From: Lophium mytilinum
Taxonomy: Eukaryota
Reading direction: 5' to 3'
Assembly: GCA_010093605.1 (NCBI GenBank)
Contig: MU004188.1
Location: 871,673 to 935,672, forward strand
Length of the DNA: 64,000 nt
The notes under the pieces were generated by a model, which was given only the letters and a program-made list of their open reading frames with translations, searched no databases and was not told where the DNA came from. Positions 1 to 8,252 of the stretch are shown here, in pieces. Position 1 is the first letter of the stretch; the number at the start of each line of letters is the position of its first letter. Position numbers and translations under genes: made by a program.

Positions 1-1259
1 AACGGAGCAACCGAGATCAGCATTCGACCATATATCCAGAGGTATGCGTTGAATACAACGCTAACGCTCTGCTACGGGATCCGTATGGACGCTGTCTATG
101 ACACTCTTTTACGTGAGATTCTGCATGTGGGATCAGCAATCTCACTCCTTCGGTCGGCTAGCGAGAACTATCAGGATTATATTCCTGCATTGAGGTATCT
201 TCCAAACAACAAGAAGAATGCATACTCCAAAGAATTACGAGGAAGACGGGATGCATATCTGAATCTTCTATTGGATAAAGTCCGTGTCATGATAGACAAA
301 GGGACGGATAAGCCCTGCATCTCGGCGGCTATTCTCAAGGATCAAGAAACAAAGCTCACTGGTGTCGAAGTCAGCTCCATCTGCTTGTCTCTTGTCTCTG
401 GCGGCTTTGAGACCATACCTGGTAGGTTTGAAAAACATACAGTTTACATCTCTGCACTTGAATGCAATTGAGTGAACCACTCCTGCTCATGTGTAGGACT
501 TGTTCTCTTGGATATTCGCTAACATCACTAGGCACTCTTACTTCGTGTATCGGATCGCTCGCAACACCTGAAGGACAAAAGTTTCAGGAACGAGCTTACC
601 AAGACATTAAACGACACTATCCAGACACCGAAGACGCTTGGACTAACAGCTACCAAGAGGAAAAAGTACCATATCTCAATGCCATTGTCAAAGAAGCTGG
701 CCGCTACTACACCGTCAGCTCGATGAGCCTTCCAAGAAAAACAGTTACCGAAGTCATGTGGAATGGTGCCCGAATCCCGCCAAAGACCATGGTCTTGATC
801 AATGCTCAAGCTGGCAATCATGGTAAGTACTACAACTAACTGTGTCTCAAGCCAAGCTCTCTGACACGTCTAGATACCGATCATTTTGGTCCGACAGCCG
901 ACAAGTTCGATCCCGAGCGGTGGCTCGAAGATCCGTCGGAACGCTCCAATTTCGCGGAAAAGCCATCGCAAGGCCTCGCTCATCTATCATTCGGAGCTGG
1001 AGCAAGAGCTTGTTCTGGGCAGATCATGGCACAGCGTCTTCTCTGCTCTTCGCTCATCCGGATCATCTCGTCATATCGAATCGTGGCAAGCGAGTCAGAG
1101 CCACCAAACACAGACTATATCGATTACAACCAGTTCAAATCGGCTTTGGTAGCGATCCCTCGAGACTTCAAAGTGAAGTTGATTCCTAGAGATAAGGAGG
1201 GTACTGAGGCCTGCCTAGCATCTGCAAAGGCTCGGACTAGCGAGTTCTACAAAGAATAA
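1..1259 (+). CDS. Cytochrome P450, phenylacetate hydroxylase (CYP504)-like; 5' end lies outside the window
   Basis: Exons 1-421, 532-822, 874-1259 joined by GT-AG introns. I-helix GGFET, ExxR (EAGR), PERW and heme motif FGAGARACSG. QRYALNTTLTLCYG resembles the CYP504 family. Confidence 0.88.
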
Positions 1260-1587
1260 TCATGAGACCAGAAGCAAAAGCTGACAGCACTCAAACTTCG
1301 ACAACCACACAAAGGCCAACAAAATTAGAGCATCCTCTACCACGTTAGCACTACTAAGGTTTATGGCCAGCTTAGTCTGCTCTTTAGTTGTTACATCAAA
1401 TTTACATTAAATAAAGTGCCGGCATCTCTATATCACGTGACGATTTCACATCGGTAAGATCTTCAAGACATCTGCAGCTTGCCAGCATATATCAATCACT
1501 GGCCATTCCCTATCCGCTTTTCAACGATTCTCTATCACACACCGTCTTTCGACGTTAGGGCGAAGAAGCCTACAACTACGATGAAGG

Positions 1588-1930
1588 CACACCGACATTG
1601 CGTTCGAGCCCGTGTCGGTGGATTATGTGATTGACGGATATGCTGGAGATCGAAAGAAACGCTTTCCTCGCGTCTGGCTAAGACTGGTATGACTACCTCC
1701 CTCCTCCCGTATCAGGTCTATTGGACTAGTTTCTGAGACTGGCTATGGAGATTCCTGTTATGCAGGGTCGGTATCGGTGAAGTTGGGAGAATGATGGTGC
1801 GATTTGGGATGATCAGAGCGTGTTTCATACTGCGACGCATACCTATGAGGAGTTGAGGTATTCGAGTAAGATTTGTACGGTAAAGTTGGGCGAGCCGTCC
1901 TTCGATCCGGAGAGCTTGGGAAGGAGGGGG
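1588..1930 (+). pseudogene. Relic of a TauD/JLP1-type alpha-ketoglutarate-dependent dioxygenase
   Basis: Colinear motif fragments HTDIAFEPVSVDY, ASG*DWYDYLPPP and LLD*FLRL...QGRYR*SWENDGAIWDDQSVFHTAT...GEPSFDPES, with in-frame stops, a frameshift and a large internal deletion. Confidence 0.75.
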
Positions 1931-2142
1931 AGGGGGATGTACTGTACGAAACAAAGTTCAGGGTCAGGCAACTTGGTCACCAAAGCGGCACCCGACACAG
2001 AATCACGCAAAGCTAGAAATGAATCAAAGTAACTGTATTACATTTGCATGATATACTAGAGTTCTTTCGTAGTATCATGCCTGTCCCAAGTTAGTCTATG
2101 CGTACTACCAAAGTCTGCTAGAACAAAAGACGATGTTGGGGT

Positions 2143-2232
2143 AATTTCAGATCTCCAAGGTGATTGGTTTTGTATCTTCAACGGAAGTTCCTCAGTAAGA
2201 ACACAGCGAAATAAGATTGTTCATCATTGAGT
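2143..2232 (-). ncRNA. Box C/D snoRNA, U55/SNORD55-like, with a second guide for 5.8S rRNA
   Basis: C ATGATGA (2227-2221), D' CTGA (2195-2192), C' TTGAAGA, D CTGA (2150-2147). The D guide TCACCTTGGAGA pairs with LSU UCUCCAAGGUGA. The D' guide ATTTCGCTGTGTTCTT pairs with 5.8S AAGAACGCAGCGAAAU with one G-U pair. Confidence 0.88.
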
Positions 2233-2455
2233 AAGGGGAAGAGGAAGAGAAGAAGAGAATGAGCTTACCAGTCATGGCCCGACCAGCGGGGAAGCACGTT
2301 GTTACCTGCCCCAGCAATGGATGCGTCAGCGAGTGTTCCTTGAAAAGCAATTTGGTATGATGCCAAATGTTAAAAACATGTCAAGGACCATCTGCAATCA
2401 GGCTTTGCGCCTTCGGTTAGCCTCGAACAAGATCCGGAGTATTGTTGAGGATAGC

Positions 2456-2560
2456 ATACCTCATTAAATCAGAATTTTCAGTGTTTACTGCTCATTCCGG
2501 ACATGCCCTCGTTAGGGGCAGCCGGTCACACAGTGTGAATATAGCTTATCATCATAGTAT
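2456..2560 (-). ncRNA. snR51: Box C/D snoRNA, snR51-like
   Basis: C ATGATGA (2555-2549). Guide TATTCACACTG before D' GTGA pairs with LSU CAGUGUGAAUA (yeast Um2729 site). Guide ACACTGAAAAT before CTGA (2472-2469) pairs with AUUUUCAGUGU. CTGATTTAATGAG is complementary to SSU CUCAUUAAAUCAG. Confidence 0.85.
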
Positions 2561-2669
2561 AGATGGCCCGTTGATCGAAAGGGAAGAAAAATATGTACCT
2601 TTGAAATCTAGTCCAAGGTTAGTTGGGTCCATTGATGAGACGCGATGGAATAATTGTTCGTGTCAGTCG

Positions 2670-2806
2670 GTAATCAGAATACGCTGTTCTCAACAAGTAC
2701 ATCCCCAGACCGAGCACCCACAGAGTTTGTACGCTCTGCTTTTTGCGGATGCTAGCCTAACGACGACGATCTGCCCGCCCATCGCGTTGGGGTATCATCA
2801 TATAGA
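2670..2806 (-). ncRNA. snR70: Box C/D snoRNA, snR70-like
   Basis: C ATGATGA (2801-2795). Guide GCGATGGGCGG before D' CAGA (2773-2770) pairs with SSU CCGCCCGUCGC, and the +5 rule points to the Cm1639-equivalent. D CTGA (2677-2674). Confidence 0.85.
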
Positions 2807-2915
2807 ATATGTGGCAGGGAATTTGGAAGATTGGGAGGAGTATATGTACCTAGTCGAAGAGAGGCGTTAGCTATGCTGTCGACGAAATTTGGCATGCAGA
2901 AAATATGTATTGAGG

Positions 2916-3012
2916 AGCAAATCAGACAAGGCTGAAACTAGTTACGGTAGTATCGACAAAATATGTTCAGATTGAGGAATGCCTTTCCATGTCATATTGT
3001 CATCACAATGCT
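2916..3012 (-). ncRNA. snR41: Box C/D snoRNA, snR41-like
   Basis: C GTGATGA (3006-3000), D' CTGA (2970-2967), D CTGA (2925-2922). The 13-nt guide AGTTTCAGCCTTG pairs with SSU CAAGGCUGAAACU (Gm1126-equivalent). Short terminal stem AGCA/TGCT. Confidence 0.88.
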
Positions 3013-3174
3013 TGGGGAGAGAACGAAGAAGGAGAAAGAGCGTGTACCTTTTGAGAGCAACGTTGAGGTCGAAGTTGATGATGGAAGGAGCTGGCTGGAA
3101 AAGAATCTGCGGCAATGTCAATTAGCAAATGAGAACGCAAAGCCTTCTGACAAGGTGCATGAGCATCGCTGGTT

Positions 3175-3249
3175 TGCCTCATGGTTTTAAGGTAGTCCTT
3201 CACGATGTTATAGGAATTGGATTGTTCGTAAGATGTGTAATCATTGGCA
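3175..3249 (-). ncRNA. Probable box C/D snoRNA with a guide to the LSU A-loop region
   Basis: C ATGATTA (3244-3238), D ATGA (3182-3179), terminal stem TGCC/GGCA. Guide GAACAATCCAA pairs with LSU UUGGAUUGUUC. The boxes are degenerate. Confidence 0.6.
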
Positions 3250-3718
3250 GCAGCGGATGCGTTCAAAATTTGCGCTTACCATGAGTGAGTGCCGAGAGCC
3301 AGCTAATGTTAGCTGCGAGACCGCTGCCACTGCCAAAGCGAGGCCATCATATGATAGCAACAACGCGTGGTGATGGCAAAGTTGTGGTGGTGTTGCGGAT
3401 GTTGGGTGGAAGTAAAGCTCCGAGAAAAAGTTCTGCAGTTGACCTGGAGCTGTGGCCGCTAGTCTCGATCAGATAGCGCCAAGATATCACGTGGGTGTCA
3501 GCATCGTCGACGACCTCACGTCTTAGAACTTCGTCTCACCTGGTTGTAAGTGCATTGTTTATGTCTGTTTCCATTCAATTGTCAAGTTTTATTTTATTTT
3601 ATTCTACTTCGTGATATCATACAGACTGTCTGGGCAGATTTGGTGGACTAATTGGACAGCATAGCTAATGAGAGCATGAAAGCCTCCTAGACCCTCGAAA
3701 GGAGAAGGTGTCGTTCCC

Positions 3719-4853
3719 TCACTTCTTCGCACCGTCCAAGTCCGAGTAGAACTTGTATCCGAAGCTACCCGACGGGTCATTGAACCTCAACTTCTTGTCG
3801 ATCGTCTCGATCTTCTTCAAGTCCTCCGCATCCAACTTGAAGTCGCCCTCCAAGTTCGCCTTGATACGCGACTCGGTCTTGCTCTTCGGGATGACTGAAT
3901 GACCGAGCGTGATACCCCATGCGAGCGCGACCTGGGCGCCCGACTTGCCGCCATGCTTCTTGCCGATCTCAACAAGGACGGGGTCATCCATGAGCTTACC
4001 CATGGACTTGCCAGAGTCGTAGATCTCGTTCTGATTGCCAAAGGGGCTGTACTGGGTGACGTGGATGCCCTTCTGCTTGTGCCACTCGATGAAGTCCTTC
4101 TGTTGTAGCCATGGGTGGAGCTCCATCTGGTGGGCGGCAGGGACCTGATCAATGTCAGCAAGAACCTAAGCTCATGCTTATGCACGACGAATCCGTGAAA
4201 CAATGGAAGGTACTTACGACACTCGTCTCCTTGAGTAGCCTCTCCAGCTCTCCCTTGCTGAAGTTGGAAACACCAATCGCCTTGACCTTCCCAGACTCTA
4301 CTAACTTCTCCATCGCCTTGTAGGTGTCGACGAAATCCGTATCTCCCACCTTGAACTTCCCGTTCGAGTCCTTCGGCATCAGCTCCTCACCCCTCGCGAA
4401 CGCCGCCGGCCAGTGCATCAAGTAGAGATCGATGTAGTCGACCCCAAGGTCCTTCAGCGACGCATCGGCCTCCTTCTCCACATCCTCGGGATGATGGCCG
4501 TGATTCCACAGCTTGGTCGTGATGAAGATCTCGCTGCGAGGAACGCCGGAGTGTTTGATAGCTGCGCCGACTGCGGGCTCCGTGCCGTAGATGCGTGCAG
4601 TATCGATGTGGCGGTAACCGGCTTTCAAGGCGGCGATGACGGCAGGCTCTTGTGCCTCCTTGTCCTGCCAGGTGCCAAATCCAATGGCTGGGATGGGAGC
4701 GCCCGTGTTCAGCTTCTGAATAGTGGGTGCCATTTTGACTTGTTTTCGTAGAGTTGTGGTAGAGAAGGAAGAGAAGGAAGGTGTTGTGTTGTGAAGTCGT
4801 GCAGTGAACCGCGGGGCAGATAAAAAGAACGTTCGAGTAGCAGCGGAAGTCAT
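3719..4853 (-). CDS. Aldo/keto reductase (GCY1/YPR1-type)
   Basis: Motifs GFGTW, GYRHIDTA.IY, ITTKLW, DLYLMHWP, IGVSNF, IPKS. One intron, 4217-4145. In-frame ATGs at 4853 and 4733. Confidence 0.95.
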
Positions 4854-5127
4854 TTCTTATGCAATTCTACAAGAGGCGAATGTTACTACATAAATTGACA
4901 CATTTTTCAGTGGGTTCGCCTGCCTCTTTGAAAGCTATCGTCATTGTGGCACTTCTCTAAACTTCAGAATCGATGACGTCGATTGGACGCGGGCTATGTT
5001 GATCTGAAATGCGGCTCCACATCGCGGTCCACCATCACACCATCAAAGTCTGGATTCATCATTCCTGACCAAGCATTTCATACTACCCCTGAATTTTCAA
5101 CATCGGCATATTGCTTTCATAGTCGCA

Positions 5128-5575
5128 ATGGGCGACTACCCTCAACATGTCAAAGCCGCCGTAGAGGCCGCTGGCAAAGCTGCCCGTCGAAAAACGCGTC
5201 AACAACAAGCCTCTCGCACCACGGACACAACATCAAACGATTTTCACGTGTTCCTCGTACATCACGAAGTGGATATGAAAGACGACGTGCAGCAGGCGGC
5301 TGTAGAGCAAGAACCCAATGTCATGGGATTGTTCGCTCACCTCGACGCCGCTCGCTCACCTCGACGCCGCCAACGCAAAGGTCATGGAAGTCTTCAAAGA
5401 GCGCTACGAGGATGTCGTGGAAGAGGACAACTTCGTCCGAGAAGGGCAAAAGGCAGGCGAGAATCAAGTAACGTGGAACGTTGATGAAATTGGTGCGCTG
5501 TCGTTGGAGTATACGGATGCTGCGGAAGGGGATTTCTTCACGGTTCACGTAGTGAGGCATATTGTCGTGGGTTGA
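5128..5575 (+). pseudogene. Hypothetical 142-aa protein frameshifted by a 19-bp tandem duplication
   Basis: TCGCTCACCTCGACGCCGC occurs twice (5333-5351, 5352-5370). Removing one copy fuses ORFs 5128-5484 and 5318-5575 into a single 429-nt frame. Confidence 0.7.
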
Positions 5576-5816
5576 TTTCAAGGCTCTTCGCACTACATTA
5601 TTGAAGCCTGTGAAGGACACTAGGTTCGAGCAATTCCCATGTGTGGGGGTTGGATATCAATTTCAACCAACTGTATTTGCTAATCTAGTGGCGCTTCAGT
5701 GATCGACGAAGACGACCATCCTCCAACAAAGGAAATTGTGATCAATGGGTGACAAGGGTCAAAGATCCATAAAAGCTTAGCATGAATCCAAAACAATACG
5801 CGCCGAGTTCCCCAAA

Positions 5817-7219
5817 TCACCTTGTGAACACGCCAGCAGACTCGCAATGCTCCATGAATCGGTATATACCCTCGATACCTTGATATTCCAATGGGGTATG
5901 GAGGTCCCCGGAGTCCTCGGCTTCACTGGTGTGCAAACTCTCATATCCAGACGGCGACGACAGCCACGGGTTTTCGTCGCCGAGATCTTCAAAGTCCATC
6001 CCGTTTTCAGAGTGCGTTGAGTATTCGTCCGACGTCATCTTATGCTCTGGCGTCATCATGTGGCGCCAGTCTATCGGATCTTGTCTTCCAGACACTGGTT
6101 TGGCGAAGAATGAACTTTCGGAAGGTGACCTGCTGGGAGCGAAGGGGAAGAGTAGAGCGATCTCGGTGCCAACGTAGGCATCAAAGTCTTCGTCCTGGCG
6201 GACGACTCCACGCTGGACACCTAGTTCATCACAGATCTTCTCTACTGTCCCGGCATCACAGCCAGGGAAATGAACCCTAAGACTGGACGAGTGGTAAGAT
6301 ATTGGGAGATCTCCCAATCCTGATAGTCGCTTCAAATCGTTTAGAACAGCCGCGAGTTCCTTAAGAGCCCTGGAGAAATCGACAGAGAGAATATCGAGAA
6401 GTCCCTCGCTGTTGAGGTTTAGCTTCTCACATGAAATTGAGGAGAAACCAGTGACGGCGCTCAACGGTGTTAGCCCAGTGATGGTTGGGTTGATGTTGAA
6501 ATCGATGAATGAGCCTGGTGTAGCCTTGGGTAGCTTATTTGCCCTTCGGTTCACTTGTGCTTGGAGAGCAGTGACCGACTTGTATCGCTTCTCGCCCGTA
6601 TGGGGGTGGATGCCATCGAATTGGGCTTTCTGGCCCGAGATCATGAAAGCGCGCACGGCCTGCGAGACGTTCTGCACAACCTGTGCTGGAGCAGCAGGGG
6701 AATGGGAGAAGAATCGAGCAGATCCCGCTTGACCAGCGCCGAATGCGTATCCCCCTGCAGTGCGATTGAAGGCTCCTCCAGTCAAATTGGGGCGAAGCGT
6801 TGAGGCAAACGGAGCGCGTCCTGGAAGGCTATAGACAGCTGCTCCAATTCTGGATTTCGGCAACGCGGCGCGGCCATGTTCAACTCCAGAGCGGGACGCA
6901 GCGGTCGTGAAACGTCGGACAACAGCATTGATAGTGCTATGGGTTGTGTACCATCTGCCTTTGCTCTGTTTGAGGTAGGCTATGCGGTTGATGGGCTGAC
7001 GCGGGACATGACGTGCGAGGATCGGTTGTAATTCGGCTTGCGAAGTTCTGAGAGAAGGAGGCAGTTGCTTCTGTATAAGACGCGCGGTATGCTTCCAGGC
7101 TGCTCTGTGAAGATAGTCAGCGTTCCACCGTGGGTTTGTATATGAGGTTGATCGTCAACTCACTTGAACACTTTCGCGTTCTTAGCCAGCAGCTTATGGA
7201 GATGGGCCACGGAGGCCAT
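5817..7219 (-). CDS. Conserved fungal protein, stationary phase protein 5 (SPG5)-like family
   Basis: ATG at 7219, intron 7163-7105, then a long open exon containing QNVSQAVRAF, LGDLPI and LRVHFPGCDA. The family name is recalled from memory. Confidence 0.65.
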
Positions 7220-8252
7220 GGTGAAGTTTTACAGCCCGTCTTTCTTCGTGATGAAGAAGACGAAGAGGGTGTGGGGAAAATGGGAGGTATGAGGTGGCGA
7301 AGGCAGGATGCGTCACCTCGGGTCGGGATCGGCGCCGCTAATCGCCGAGCGTCACGTGAAGTCAAAGCATATGCAGATCCATGGCTGGAATTTGTCGAGA
7401 TCAATCTACAGAGTCAAAATTAGTTTGTGGCTTTGACTGCTGAGGGGGCCCTCGGGTATTTTTGAGAAGTTCTAGAGGAAGCGTGACTTAGCAAACTTTT
7501 ACCTGTAATTTAAGTTACAGCGCTTCGAGGTGTACCGGCTGCTTTTGCGGCACATAAGATGACGAGAGGCGATGTCGGTGTACTCTGTGCAGGGAGGTCC
7601 ACGGACTTGGGGTTGTAACTCTAGCAATGCCAACTGCTGCCGTTTTCATATTTTGTAGTTCTACAGGTAGCAGAAGAAAGACACACGCAGCGAACAATTT
7701 TTGTATTTACGGGCCAGTGCAGCCCACAGAGCTTGCTTGACAAAGCAGAGAGTCCAAGCGTGTGCAGACGCCAACAAACAGTAAAACACAATCTTGAAGC
7801 ATACAACGCCGCTATGCAGGACAATGCAATCGTAGAAGAGAGAAGGTGAAGTGGGTCATGAGAAGAGAAACAAGGCGCCACTATGCCACCTCCCGGCCCA
7901 TGTCCTCCTGCGAAGCAACCCACTGCGGCTTTCCAAGTTCAGGTATTTCGTCGAAAAGCGGCATCGCAAATAGGATAGTCGACCCAAGGAAGTCTATTTT
8001 CATGGAGGAATAAGAAATGATGCAATCCTCCCATGCCGTATAACTGACGCCGACTCAAAACTTTTGAAAGACATGATATACCCCTAAAACTGCCCAAGAG
8101 AAGGAAAGTGCCCCTGCGTCTGCAGGTATTACGCAGGGACCAAACAAAACGGAAACTGAAGACAGATATTACGGGGAGGGTGGGGCTGAACCGAATGATC
8201 TTCAACGCAGGACGCTCGCAAACATCATCGAAATCTGGAGGAAGACTAACCT

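Larger units (their letters stand above)
2040..3400 (-). ncRNA. Spliced snoRNA host transcript (non-coding or short ORF only); ends approximate
   Basis: Five introns, each with donor, branch point and acceptor: 3279-3107, 3047-2850, 2849-2608, 2598-~2403, 2268-2081. Each contains one C/D snoRNA. The joined exons give only a ~30-codon ORF. Confidence 0.8.

Noticed and set aside
422..531. Possible stwintron (nested intron) in the 110-nt P450 intron, which has an internal TGTAG
   Set aside because: Removing the putative inner intron does not regenerate a valid donor.
2442..3190. Plus-strand ORFs 2442-2870 and 2963-3190
   Set aside because: They are antisense to the snoRNA cassette and have no protein-like features.
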